Below are positions 50,339-64,000 of a stretch of 64,000 nt of DNA, piece by piece (positions within the stretch are counted from its first letter, which is position 1; every line of letters starts with the position of its first letter). The notes beneath the pieces are model-generated. The model was not told the origin of the DNA. It ran no database searches and worked only from the letters and a program-made list of their open reading frames with translations. Made by a program: the position numbers and the translations under genes. The DNA lies in contig NC_045697.1 of NCBI RefSeq assembly GCF_009834535.1, positions 58,282,001-58,346,000 of the forward strand. Direction: 5' to 3'. Source of the DNA: Camelus ferus. Taxonomy: Eukaryota.

Positions 50339-53300
50339 GAGAGTTTCAAGGGTGAGAGACTCAGAAAAACAAAAAGCGAAGGGTGGGGTGGGGAAGAAAT
50401 TCAAAAAGAGGATGGAGTTGCTGCCTGTTATCATACCAACTAAAGCAGTGGTATTTTTGTATTTAAAAGTAGCATGGTACAGCAGATACTAGAATAATGA
50501 AAGTATTATAACAATCACTACTCCTGAAATAATCCTCATATTTGGATAAGGAGAAGAAAATAGTTTGTGCTAACTTTGAAGAGATGGGACCTGGATCAGA
50601 GTACTTCTCAAAGTCACAATCTTCAAGGAAAGATGAATTGAACCCTGACGCACGTTGGCAGGTTGGAGGTCAAGAGCCTCCTAGTTCAAAACTCTGTGAA
50701 TATATTTGAATAGGTAGATCTTACAAACATTTAATTGCATTAATTAATTCACAAAAAAATACTGACCTGGCACCTTTATTTCTCAGGCTCTGGTGGGTGC
50801 AGGAAGAACTGTGCTGATGCTGGCTTGCACTGAAAGTGGTTCAATGGTGTTTCCTTGTAAAGCTGTTCATATTATATTTCCTTCTATTGTTCCCAAGTCT
50901 TCAGTAAAACCTTGTTAAACATGACAACCTGTTCCCAGTGATTCCTGGGGGGAACTGAAAAGCCGGCTCTCTGCCCAAACTTAAAATGAAGCAGTTTGGA
51001 CCAGCAATAGTCACCTGAGAGAAGTTAGTCTGAAGACAAAGGGTGAGATGACATGCTACAGAGCACATGGTCAATGGAGTAGAGTGGAGAGCAGGATTCT
51101 AGAGCCAGAGGGCTGCTGGATGAGCAGTGACCAGAACAGATGCATATGCATTCCCTGGAGACTGCCAAAGTTCTCCAGTAGGGTAATCTGGTAAAAGCCT
51201 GGATGTAACATAGGCAAGTGGAATTCCAGCTATATGTATACTATTCATTACAGGGAAAAATCATGTGACTTACTGTCAACTGAATTCTAGGGTATTTGGC
51301 TAGCATTACCATTAGATTAGTAATACTACATACATAATAACTATATATATTATGAATATATATTAACATGTTTTAGAAAGAGTAAATGGGCCCAAGACAC
51401 TTTCATTTTGGTGCACTTTACCAATTAAATACTACACGGCTTGAAAAAATGTGAAGGTTATATAGTTCTCAAACTAAGTAACTTTAATTTCACATTCATC
51501 TATTAATTTCAACTTCTAAAAAGTACTCTAATTCGGGGCTAATGGTTTCTCTCAGTTAAATCTTTAAAAGTAAAAATTATTATTTCCCAAATGCCCAAAT
51601 GGTTTCCTGCAGTTTGCTCATTCAGTGGCAGGGAAACTGATTCAACTCAGCAGCAAATTGAGAAATGCATCTGGTCATCAGTCTTGGAGTGTGTGTGAAT
51701 CAGAAGCATACCTAGGTAAGCAAGTGCGGGAGGAAGACAAGAAGCAAAGAGGAAATAAAATGAAAAAAGAGAAAGAATTATATAAAATTATATAAAAATA
51801 ATATAATAATCTTCCCCTTCTCCTTTTCTGCATTTTAGACACCAGTGCAACTCTAGGTGCATTTTAAGCATTAATAGATTCTACTTTGCACACTGCTTTA
51901 GATGTATTTGCATGTAGAAAATAAATTAACATATGATATTCCCCATCTATTAAAAATAAGTGATATCTTCTTGGACCCGTGTAGTTTATATATTACTTCA
52001 GAAGGACTAGAACTTCAGAGGATACTTTTTTAGTTATACTTAAGAAAAAAAGTGATATGAGAATTCTTACCTAGAATTTTGTTGGTAAGGACTGCAATAC
52101 CGTATATTTTTCCCCCTTTGGCTCTATATGTGTTCCAAGAAAATGCAATATATTTAAAATAAGAAAATATTATAATATAGTCTTATCCCTATCATATATG
52201 TTTACTGATTTTATGTTTCAAGGTACATGTCTAAATTTATATTTTAGGAATCTTGCAAAACAGGAAACCAAGAAATTAAAGACTCAGATATTTCTGTACT
52301 TGTAAAATGAAAATATGATCTAATTATAATTATTAATGTAAATTAGAGTTGCTTCACAATGCTAAAAATAAAAATTGCTAGTGACTGTTTTAATAATTCC
52401 ATAATTATTATACTGTGTGTAAGACCTTATATTGTGACAGATTCATCACTATTTTAATTTAGTAGAATATAGCTATATGTTCGTAGGACTATGAATTTCA
52501 TTCTAACTGAAAATTTTTCTAAGATTTGGTATAATTATAATTTTTCCAGGAATAGAATAAACTGTAAGATTTTAAAAGTGTGAATCTTAAATTTAAGCCT
52601 TAAACTTCTTTTCATCTAAGTTACCTAAGCAAGTCACAAGGTAGGTAAATTTCCTTTCACTTACAAAGACTGAATCCATTCAGAAATATGGGTCTAAGTT
52701 GGGTCGGAAGGGCATGAATTCAAACAACATGGAAAATGAATGAATGAATGAATATTATTATTTACATTTGACAGTGAGTTTTTCTAAATAAACATATATA
52801 GAAGCCTAATTTTTATCTTATTTCATTCCTTCACTTTAGTGACAACTCATATATTTAGCTTCAAATCTTTGTTGAGAACTAAAATGTATTTATATTTTTA
52901 AACTATTTGTTGTCATAGTCCCCTTAATTCTAAATGTATAATTCAACAAATAGCTTACATTCTACTCTATCATTTACAAAAATGTCCTCCTTGGTTCCTT
53001 ATAATTACATTCTTTTGTAATTATATTGTATTTATCATTTAATCCACAAATATTCCAAAGTCTAGCTGTGTGCTCCAATGGTTAAGAAAGAAAACATTAT
53101 TATATCCAATTTCCCTTATTTACACTAAAGTTCTTATTGAATTTGATGTTTCAAATAACACACTTGACAATTTTATTGTTGTCAGTAATAAGAGTACAGC
53201 TCAAACAAAACAAATGTCCTTTGCTGTCAAAGACAAGGATATCTCATGTCTCGAATGCCATCACAGACAGGAAATTGCTAGCACTTATTTGAAGCAGGGA

Positions 53301-53664
53301 TTTCAGGAAGGAAAAGGGAAAGGCTTCTTGACAAACTACATTCTTTAAAAATTGTCCATCAATCAAAGGAGAAAAAAATTCTTGATTAGATGTTAACTCT
53401 TTTAACAGATGCATATGGTTATGCCAGGTATTCTCCATGTAAGAAGAGCCCAGGAATTGTAATAATCACAAGGGCATACTCCGAAAAACTTAATGAGTTT
53501 TATTCACTTTTGTTAAAATACTGTTAATAAATTATATGTAATAAAATGAAACTATATGGAAACTGTTATGTTAACTACAATTTTAAATCATCTTGGTTAA
53601 CTGAAATGGCAAAATGTGTGAAATCTTTTGGAAAAAAAAACCCTTCACGTTTTAAAAATGTGTT

Positions 53665-53903
53665 TATCCCCCCATCCAACTTTATGGAGATATAATTAAC
53701 GTTATCATTGTGTAGATTTCTGGCATACAAAGTGATGACTTGATATGAATACATATTGTAAAATGATTACCACAGTAAGATTAGTTAAAACATCCATCAT
53801 CTCATATAGTTACCATTTTGTGTGTGTGTGGTAAGTTTTAATATTTACTCTCTTAGAAACTTTCAACTATACAATATGGTATTGTTAACTATACTCATCC
53901 TGC
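53665..53903 (-). mobile_element. L1MA-type 3' end fragment
   Basis: catattgtaaaatgattaccacag...acatccatcatctcatatagttacc...tactctcttagaaactttcaa...tattgttaactata. Confidence 0.85.
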
Positions 53904-54904
53904 AAACCTTCACTTCTAATTTTTTAATGTATACAGATTTGTAACACGTGTGTTTAAATGAAAATATATAAATGGTAAATAAATCATCAAAATATTTTAC
54001 AGATCACAAACTAGGAATCAGCATTAGGTATATTCTCTACTAATTTGGTGTTACTAATATCTTGTTCTGTTATCTGGGGTGAAATCTCAATTGTCTGGCA
54101 ATTTATAATCCAGATACTTCTGCTTCCAGAGCAATGAGATGTTTTATTGCATTTTATTTCCTTTGCATCTTGCTGTAGACTTTTTCATCAAGATATACTA
54201 TTGCAAATGGGCTCAGCACATTTTGAAGAGAAAAAATCTTCCATTTTCAGTTGTCTTTGGGATGTGGTAAGAAAATTAATTAAGGGTATTATATCATATT
54301 ATTGACTGGAAGATTTCAATGTCATTATCTACATTTCTCAAAATATTGCTACATTTCACCAAGGCAAATCTGAAATGGGGTTAAAGTGTGGTTATTCACA
54401 AATGAGTAGGACTAAATCAATAATCTTGGGTAACATATCCTATCAATAAGTTATTGTAGGACTCATATATATGTCATGATATAAAGTAAAAAATAGGGGG
54501 GAATATCATTATTTTGTCTCTGAAATTAATAGAATAAAACATAAAGATTTAGAAACAATTTGTATGTTTTCGGCTCTGTGTGAGTGAGGTGTTTGATGAA
54601 TTGGCTAACAAAGAGCCTATGCTTAAACCTGTAACTGAACTGGAAAAATATTGTCACTAATGGAAAAAAGGGCAGAGGCTTTACATCTTTCCTGTATTCC
54701 ATCTCGCTGTGAAGTCAATGGGGCGAGAAATATAGGCAAGTACAGAACAAAGATTCATGACCGAGAACTCACTGAGAAACAGTTTAACATCTTAGAAAGA
54801 ACAGAGAAGGCATCCCTAGTCATTAATTACCAAAAAGTCACAATAAAAAGCATTGCATTGAGCCTGTTATCCACTAAACTGGTAGCATTTAGCTAGAGGC
54901 AAAA

Positions 54905-55060
54905 TTATGTAGGACTCTGAGCTGAGATTTGGGTGTCAGACAACATAGGCTCTTTTTCTGGTTCTGACACTCCAATGTTTTGTAACCTTGGCAAACCCAA
55001 TTAATCTTTCTCAGCCTTCATTTCTTCATATTGACAAATGGAGTTAATAACTACAGTACT
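54905..55060 (+). mobile_element. MIR SINE
   Basis: tttgggtgtcagacaacataggctc...tgtaaccttggcaaa...ttaatctttctcagccttcattttcttc...aaatggagttaataa. Confidence 0.7.
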
Positions 55061-55789
55061 GAAGTACACCTATGCCTGCAAGTCAATTTCTGCTGCTTTA
55101 GCCACTGCGCTGATGAACCTTCTATATTGACTCACAATAACTCCCTGCAAGTCATCAGTGGATTAAAATCTGCAGTACTCCATTGGTTACTGATAGTCTT
55201 CTTAAAGATCTTCAAATAAAGATCTGACCAAAGTGATGACTTTTTAAAATTTTACGGTAAGGTAAAAATACTTCCCAATTCCTCTGGGTAAAGGAAAAGA
55301 GACCTGTAATTTGACCCTCCAAAAAGACAAATCCAACCTGATAGCTGCATTAGGTGAGCAAGTTCAAATTGTCCAGGAAAGCTAACATGAGGAATAGCTC
55401 ATTTTTCCTTTAACATTCAAACAAAAGTATTTGAATGATACTGACTGAATTTCTTGCTCCATGGTGCTGACTGAACTTTATATACAATTTCTGGATATTC
55501 ATATCTGTAATGAATAATATTTCTTAGGAAAACAAGCGTCATCCTGCATTTAGAACATATGACTTGATCTTGCAAAGAGTAGCTAAGAATAATTCATAAT
55601 TTTTCCAATTTGTTATAATAATTCAAATAAAGAAAACACAATATAAAATTAAGATATATTTCATTGTTATTAAATATTGAAAAACTGAAAAGGCCAAATT
55701 GTTTATATTATTATAGCCAGACTTATTCTAGCAAATACATTAAAAGTCATAATATTAACGATTATGTTCTATGCCTCTCAGATGCCCGC

Positions 55790-56110
55790 TGACCTTGTTT
55801 CTGTTCTACAATCATCTCAGACCTGTTCCTACTTCCTAATCTTTGCACTTGATCTCTTGGATGGTATAGTCCTCCTGTGAGTGTTCAGGTTGCTGAATCC
55901 ATCGCATCCTTCAGATCTCAGCCCAACTGCCATCTTCTCAGAGTCCTCTGATGAGCCCCATCCAGGCCCTGCCTCAGTCACATTCTGTCACATGACAGTG
56001 TTTATAGCCCTCAGAGCACTTACTGCTCTCAGAACTCACCTTTCTTAAATCACTAGTTACATGTTTATATTTATCTCCAATACAGTCTAGCCAGTACAGG
56101 AGACATGTCT
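55790..56110 (+). mobile_element. L2 fragment
   Basis: ctttgcacttg...catccttcagatctcagc...catcttctcagag...agcacttac. Confidence 0.65.
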
Positions 56111-56610
56111 GAAGATTCATATCCAGGGATTAGAGTGGGAAGTGTGGGAAGATTCTAGACTTAATTGCTGGTGGTCTTTTTTAGAAATTGCATGCTTAAA
56201 GCCCATTTATCTTTAGCTTTAAGCCTTATATTCAATTTTGGGACAACAGAGAAGTTCCACATAGCTTACACTGATGTTGTTATTTAACAAGAATCTATTC
56301 TGCAATCATGAATAAGTGAGCTAGAGAGGGAGTACAGGGCATAGGTTTCCTCAATTCACACCTTCCTGAGAAAAGGCATCTCATTCCAATTACACATTAT
56401 TACTGTTAGCAGAGAAAATTTTTTCTTAACTAATGGCAAAGATCGAATTTTCAGAATATCTAAAAGACAAATGAATAATTGTGTTACTATCCTGTTAATA
56501 GTTTCCTCATGTAACTTTAATGTTCAATATTATAAACATATATATACATGTGTGTACTTATATATAGCTTTTTATATAGATATAACAAATTTTAAAAGCT
56601 CTGATAATTC

Positions 56611-57473
56611 TTTTTTTCTTAGAACTTCTTTTTTTAAATTAAAGTATAGTTGACTTACAATATTTCTGATGTATAGCAAAATGATTCAGTTTATATATAT
56701 ATATAAATATATATTATAAAAGAATATATATATTCTTTTTCAGATTCTTTTCCATTATAGGTTATCACAAAATATTGAATATAGTTCCTTATGCTATACA
56801 GTCAGTCCTTATTATTTATATATTTTATATACAGTAGCATGTGTCTATTAATCCCAAATTCCTAGTTTATCCTTCTATTCCCTTTCCCCTTTGGTAAACA
56901 TAAGTAGGTTTTGTGAGTCTATTTCTGTTTTGTAAATAAGTTCATTTGTATCATTTAGATTCTACATATGAGTGATATATGATATTTGTCTTTCTCTGTC
57001 TGACTTACTTCACTTAGTACAATAGTCTGTATGTCCATTCATGTTGTTGCAAGTGGCATTATTTCATTCTTTTTTAAGACTTAGTAATATTCCATTGTAA
57101 GTTTATGTATATGTATATGTATATATACACATACACACATCTTCTTTATCCATTCATCTGTCAATGGACATTTAAATTGCTTCCATATCTTGACTATTGT
57201 AAAGAGTGCTGCCATGAACATTGGGATGCATGTATCTTTTCAAATTAGTTTTCATCTCTTCCAGATAAAAGCCCAGGAATGGGATTGCTTGATTGTATGG
57301 TAACTATTTTTAATTTTTTGAGGAACCTCTATACTGTTCTCCATAGTGGCTGTACCAATTTACATTCTCACCAACAGTGTAGGAATGTTACCTTTTCCGC
57401 ATATCATCTCCACTATTTTTTTTTTGTAGACTTTTTGATGATGGCCATTCTGACCAGTGTGAGGTGATACCTC
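56611..57473 (-). mobile_element. 5'-truncated L1 (3'UTR plus end of ORF2)
   Basis: aagtatagttgacttacaat...gtctgacttacttcacttagt...ccatagtggctgtaccaatttacattc...gatggccattctgaccagtgtgaggtgatacctc. Confidence 0.92.
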
Positions 57474-58224
57474 TGTAATAACTCTTAAGTGTGTCAAAAT
57501 TGAACAAATTTTAATAAAATTATCCTTGTCACTTAGTAATTAGTAGAAGTACTTGTATCTTCTATTTTTCCACAATATAATGAGAATCACTGGCTTAAGT
57601 TTTTCTTTTTTTCTTTTATTTTTCCTTTTTTTTTCTTTAGAGAAGCAGAAAAACATGTCTCAGAAAATCAGCAACTAGAAGATTTCAAGGGATCTGAGGA
57701 GCAAGCTCTATAATCTTTCATACCTGCCTCTTTCAGATAACCTGTTTAAATGATTTTTCTCAACGTATCTACTATCTCTACCACTCAGACCACATGAAAG
57801 AAGAAAGATGGCTGCCAACAGTCCCTTAAATTTACAAGAAAAAGATTCAGTCACGTGGAGAAGAGACCAAATTTTAATCTCTATTTTTCTCTCTCTCAAT
57901 TTCTCTAACCCAACGCCCAATTTCTCCCACTGTCCCCCACCAAAAGTTTTGAATTGCTTTTGAATTCTCCTTTGCCCATCCCCAGGCCAACCAAATGCTC
58001 CCAAGAACCTCATTAATGGATTCTCTTTACAGTTAAAGGAATTCTTTTAGATGCTGGTGTAATCCCCAAAGATATATTAGGTCAATGGGATGAAACTTGC
58101 ATGCCTTCCTGAGGAATCTGGACTCCTGACAGTTGGTAATTCAGTGCCATTTAAGGTCTTCTATCTAAAATTTTCAGGTTTTATATATGTGTTTTGCAAC
58201 AAACATTAATGGAAGTAGAGAGAA

Positions 58225-58520
58225 GAGTTTAGAGTTAGACAGATTCTGAAGATAGGCACAAGAGTCAGAAAGCTATTTTAATAGATCAGAACACAGCTGT
58301 GGAGTTTCTAACTTAAAGCTATGTCAGTGAGGTTGTGATCAGAGAGGACAAATTTGAGAGATATTTCAGGAAGAATCTTGACAAGGCTCAGTGAATGATT
58401 ATGAAAATTAAGGGGCAGGCAAATGTTAAAGATGACTCTCTTGTTTCTATCTTGAGTCAAAAGTTGGATGGCATTTCCGTGAATTGATACAGAGAGTCAG
58501 AAGAACAGATATGGACCATG
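58225..58520 (-). mobile_element. L2 fragment
   Basis: aaatttgagagatatttcagg...gacaaggctcagtgaatgatt...aaagatgactctcttgtttct. Confidence 0.6.
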
Positions 58521-60089
58521 GGTAGGATGCATTCAGGAAAGAAGAGAAATGAAGCAATAGATAAAATCCATGTAAAACTAGGCAAGCAGGATCTAGGTGT
58601 AAAACCTGGGATTCACTACAAAGAAATATGAACCTACTTCTTTATACACAGACCAGTCAGAAGAGTTTGACCCTAGATTTTCTTGAAAATGTGGCCAAGA
58701 ATATCATAAACTGTGCCATCATCCTGGTAAGTATTTTTTTAAATCTAAATCCCTTTTAGATCCTCATGCTCCCAAGTTTTATTTTCAGGGCATTAAGAAC
58801 CTCCCTTCCTTCTACTTTGTCCCAACACTGCTCCACTGTCATACTGCTCACTTTTCACTACATTTCCTCCAAATCTTGACATATTTTCAACCATGACTAG
58901 TCAGTCGGAAAGTGTCATCCATCATCCATTAACTGCATTTCTTGAGATGAGCATTTTGCCTAGAATCCCCATAAATAAAGTCTTCTTTTTATGTCATTGA
59001 TTTGACAGTTGTTGATATATGTAAATACTATAAGAAGTAATAAAATCAATGGAAAATACTGGAGAAAAGTTTACTGAATTAAGCTGGGTCCAAGGTGAGA
59101 GGAGACAACACAAGGGCATAAACACTAGGAGACAAGGATCATTGGCAAAATAACCAAAATAGAAAAATTATTCTCAAAGATCAGAGCTATTAAATTTGAA
59201 GAATCAATATAGCAACATTAATATATAATATTAATAGGCTTATTTCATTTTCAGTTGAAAGTGAATATTATCAAGTCACATTCAACTCATTACTAAATCT
59301 CAATGTTTAATAAAAAGAATATTTCCAAATGACCTTGTATTGGTCAAAGATACCTTTACACATTGGAATATAAATGAAAACCATATTCACAATTATTCAA
59401 ATAAACTCAGTGGAATCTTCATAGACTGTAAAAATAACCTCAGAGGATACGTTAGAAAAGCAAGTCATGTAAATTATAAACCTTAGCCTATTAACAGTCA
59501 AATTAAACAGACTCTTAGTTATAAATACCTACATTGAAATCAACTTGGGAAGTTTCCACAAATTCAAACAAATTTACTTGCCCTGCCAAAATTTAGCACA
59601 CATTCTTGAACCTGTTATTTCTCTCTTTCTTTCTCTCTCTCCCTCTTGCTGTTTCATGCACACACACACACATACACACAGATGTTATTTATCTTTAAAG
59701 ATGCTTTAAATCCTGCCATTGATCTAAGAAAGGAAAAAAGAGCATATTCTTTTACGTTTTTTTAAAGTGGAGAAATAACCAAAAACAAACAAAAAAGTTT
59801 GTGAAAATAGAAAACAGAGTTGATAAAATGACAAGTATTTTCCATAAATAGAAAAAAGAGCTTTTTAAAAATCTTAAAATCCCAACAGAAGATTAATAAA
59901 AAATGAGCACAGCCTTGTAGAGTTGGTAAAAATAACTACACTGAGAGGAACTCTTTGTTTCAAGCAATTTTTAAAACACAGTAAATCAATTCATTCTTAA
60001 TGGGATATACACTAAAAGGAAAAAAAGAAAACTGAAAGAGAAAAAAGTTCTCAAACTATTTTCCACCAGTTTTTTGAGAGCTAGTATTG

Positions 60090-61572
60090 TTTCCCTGAGT
60101 ATGCTGTACAGGACAAAATGAGTGATGTCATTGAAAACTGGAATTTTGGTCAAGAGGAAAGGAGACCCACATGTAAAAGGAATTTGGTTAAGGAAAAATT
60201 CTGAATTCCTAAATTTGTTAAATTTGAATTGGAGTGCAAACATGAATATATGATTTTTTTAAATGTCCTATTTCTTTTCACTAAAAAAGGCTACATAGGA
60301 AAAATAAATATCCCTTTTAAGCAGATTTTGGTCTCCAAATACCATTTCTCACAAAGGAAACTGGAGCATCTCAAAAAATGTTTAGATTTCAAGCTAGGGT
60401 CGAAAAGATGCAAGTTGAACCTAGAACATGTTGTCAGATCAGACAGCAAGGAAGCAAACATGATTGGAATCATGTCAAAAGGCCTCAGGAGCCACCTGGG
60501 AAACACACCTACCATCCAAATCTAGGAAAATTTGGTCATGAATAAGAATAATGCATTTAATCGCTTAAGACACATCAGATGTTTAAATTCATAAGCTCTT
60601 AGAAATATATTTTGAAAAACTAAAAAACTAATTCATGATTTTGCAAGGGTGCCAGAAAGCCAACTTATCTTGAAATCTGATCAAAAAGGAAAAGACTCAA
60701 GTATCTATCCTGTATTTTCTATCCCTATAATGCTCTGAACTCAGATAAACAGAGTTGATGGGGGAGAATTTTTTAATTCATCTAAGTATTTCATATAATA
60801 ATTGAAAAGGAATGACTGAATTAGAATCTCACCCTTTTGCAACCTTTTATGAAATAATCGATCTAGCAGTGATCATCTGCTAAATTCACAAAAAGAGAGA
60901 CAGCAGATCTAATGACCTTCCTATTGAAATATAGGACCACCTATCAAGTAGCTTTGTTCAAAAAATAATCAAGCCTTGATCTGATTAATTTATAGGAAAA
61001 AGAATAGAGGACCCACTTAGAAATAATAGAGGATGCAATCAACAAAATTCAGACTGTAGGAAATTCTGCAAAACAAACTATAAGGTTTCTTCAACAGGTA
61101 ATTGTGAGAAAAATAATAGTGAGACGGAGGTACAAGCTATAGACTAAAGAAGACTTAAGACACCCACCAATTGCTGTACATGGAATTTACTTGGATTGTG
61201 ATTTGGAGAACTAAATTGTCAGAAAGAAAGTAAGAGATAATTGTGGGAATTTAAACAATCTTTTTATGTGCAATTATATTAAGGAATCCTTCTTAGTCTT
61301 TTATGTAATAATAGAGGCTATATTTCTTAATGAGTCATCTTTTAGTACTACATCAAAAATACATATAGATAATGTAGTATGACATGTGGTGTCTTCTCCA
61401 AAATAATTCTGGAGAAAGGAAGACCAGCAGGATAGGAGCATAGATGAACCCAACAGACATAGTTGATAATTATGGAAGCTGGGTGATGAATATATGGAGA
61501 TATGCAATTTTCTTTCTTTTGAATTTTTTTTCATTAAAAAATTTACAATGCTAAAAATTTGTTTAATAAAGT
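60090..61572 (+). mobile_element. Old L1 long 3'UTR (L1MC/L1MD-like)
   Basis: gaacctagaacatgttgtcagatcagacagcaaggaagc...aatcatgtcaaaagg; ggatgcaatcaacaaaattcagactgtaggaaattct; gttgataattatggaagctgggtgatg. Confidence 0.7.
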
Positions 61573-63299
61573 AAACATTTGCCTGCGTCTTGAAAGTCAC
61601 ATTTAATCAAAACAGAAACCAAAAGAGAAAATAATGTAGAAGCTGTAAGGAACTGAATGGCCAGGTGAAAAGTTTCAGGAAACACTCCATTTCGTATGTC
61701 CTCTGCTAGGAGCTCCTTGGCCAGAGACCTCAAGTTTTGCTATTTTGCATCTTCTGCCTGGAAAAAGTGATACATTCAATGAAGCCAATGAATTGAGTGG
61801 GGAAAAAAATAAAGACAATATAAAGGCATTTTAAAGATCATGAACTTATATATCCTTAGGCATTTGAACTGAACCTCAGAATAAAACTGTTAACAAAATT
61901 ACAAGGGGATAACAGCAGAGATCAAATCGGTAATAGTTTTCCCATAACCCTATCTGAAAAGAAGAACTGAGGAGGGGAGACTGTATAACAACAGAAAAAC
62001 AGATCTAAAATTATTCTAGTTTGTATTTATTCATTAATATCTATGAAAACCAACAAACCTATGAAATAATTGGATGGCCATAAAGAGAGGTAGAAGGGAT
62101 AATAAATGTACTACTATAACCATTATAGTAGAGAGTCAATAGAAGACACTTTCTAAAGTCTATGAATCAGTAAATAGATGTTTAAGCATATTATATAAAT
62201 GTATAGTTACCTTCAATAAGTACCAAAATAAAAGTATAAACCTTTCAAAATAGCAGAAATAGAAAAAATTTATTAAAAAACAAACAAAAAATTTAAAACT
62301 AAATATGAAAATCCATAAACAAAGCACTAAAACAAAATATAAATGACAAAAGTATGACACATTATACATATAGAACATAAATATATTACTTTGATAATAG
62401 AAATTATATTTCCATTTCAACAGATGACAGTAATTTAAACAAATTGGTCATATCAAATCCTCAGTAATTTGCAAAATATCTTTTAAATTACAGATTCTAT
62501 TAGCTAACTATATAATCATTCTGAAAAGTTTTAAAATTTAGAAACGAAAGTATCTAACCAATTGGAAATTTAATTTTATCTTAAACTACTCTTAAAAGTA
62601 CTTAAGACTCTGCGTCTGATTATTTAGAAAACAATTGTAACAATAATTAGGATGCTTATGAATATTCTATTTTTCCTTTTTTGGTGGACACATAGTGTAC
62701 CCCCTCCTTTGGTATTTCCACGTCAATAAGCATTTTTACAATTTCATTAATTGTCCCTCCATTCATCAGATCACTAAATGATCATGTCACTTGTGTCATA
62801 AACTGAAGTGCAATAAATTCATGTCTGTTTCCCAATCTTCTATTCTGTTATAACTTGGCCTTTGGGGGATGTGTGCAATTTTTTTCTTTTAACACAGAAT
62901 AGTTAGAAATAGTGAGAATCATATTAGCATCTTTTCATCAATAAAATTGAGTCCTGGGACATAATACCACAAGGGAACTTTTTTTTTTGAACTTTGAATT
63001 CAGTCAAAACAACCCCCAACACTGAGACGTTTTCAGACGTACACGAAAAGGAAGCAAAAGACACACACAAAAATTAACAAATCTTAAAGTACAAATTCTT
63101 AAACTAGAAAATAAAAAAAGCAAGCAAACTAAACAAAAGAAGACATTAATAAAACCAAATTGACTCTCTAACTAATAAAAATAAGTATATGTACTTAAAA
63201 GAAAATGAAAATTATCATTTTTGAAGACCATATATTTTCCACCTAATAAAGATGCAAACAGAAGCACTACCAGATCTGCTAATTATAGAGTTTGCCATA

Positions 63300-64000
63300 T
63301 GCTAATAGTAGTGACATCAATAGTCTCCCTACAAACAACAATAACCTGAAATTTAAAAAATAATAATAACTGTCAGCTTGGAAGTTTTCACACTATCACA
63401 ACAATAAATAAAAAGCTGAACAGGCCAAAAAATCAACAACTCTTCTAAGATTCTTATGAGAAGGGAGGACACAGGGCAATCTGCAGCCCCTAAGATCGGA
63501 GAGACAGGCAGGCAGGTGAATACAGGAAATGGCTGCTTCCTTGAACACAACACTCATGCTGTAGGGAGCAGGGCCCTGGTAGGAAAGCCTGAACTGTAGC
63601 TGACAAACTGTGGGAAATTAGTGCAGACAATTGACAGCTAAAAACTTCAAGGGGATCCTGTCATGGGGGTAGGCGGTGGGCAATACTGTGAGTTTTACCT
63701 CCAGGAGCTGGACCAGGTTCCCATAGTATATATTTGAGGAAAAGACCCGTGAACTTCCGGCAGAGGAGGGGGAAGGGGTTCATTCTGAAACACACCAGAG
63801 CACTCTGTTCTTCTTAACAAGGCCTGCCTGCCCTCAGGGGAAACTAGTTAACCAAATCGTAACTTGCTTTGTATGATCAGAGTCTGATTGACCTGGGCAA
63901 GGGAAATTTCTAACTCCAGCAGCTCGAAGCTTTCCATGTGAAAGAAAGGAAATACCCAACTCCAGCCCACTCCAGCCATCCTGTCCCACCTGATGGAGAA
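63300..64000 (+). mobile_element. Old L1M 5' region, running off the window end
   Basis: acaacaataaataaaaagctgaac...aatcaacaactcttc...cacagggcaa...gagttttacctccaggagc...cattctgaaacacaccagagcactctgttcttcttaacaaggcctgcc. Confidence 0.6.

Noticed and set aside
55088..55178. Possible long imperfect inverted repeat
   Set aside because: Arms need several gaps and mismatches to pair; not distinguishable from chance by eye.
1..64000. CRISPR arrays, operons or other prokaryote-type systems
   Set aside because: The sequence is clearly mammalian, repeat-rich DNA; I saw no regularly spaced repeats or dense gene clusters.

Overview
AT-rich, CpG-depleted mammalian genomic DNA, most likely camelid, judging from Vic-1-like tRNA-derived SINEs and artiodactyl/camelid-type L1 3' ends. 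It reads as intergenic DNA or part of a very large intron. I recognise no intact protein-coding gene. The only identifiable gene-derived sequence is a disabled processed RPL21 pseudogene (~29373-29909, minus strand). Much of the rest is interspersed repeats: L1 and L2 fragments, MIRs, MaLR/ERV solo LTRs (one nested inside another) and DNA-transposon fossils. Repeat family names come from recalled consensus sequences and need RepeatMasker/Dfam confirmation. The standout observation is a ~500-bp CpG-island-like block at 48291-48783. It ends in AATAAA plus a poly(A) tract and shares target-site duplications with an adjacent L1 3' end. It looks like a retrotransposed antisense promoter transcript that carried a housekeeping-type promoter (three NRF1-like sites, an ETS core), a first exon and a splice donor into this locus. 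Other leads are a recursive-splice-site/microexon-like motif followed by a perfect hairpin (~24.0-24.1 kb), a palindromic E-box/CRE cluster (15.6 kb), an ancient-type hairpin (54.7 kb) and a 75-nt frame-preserving exon candidate (58.65 kb).
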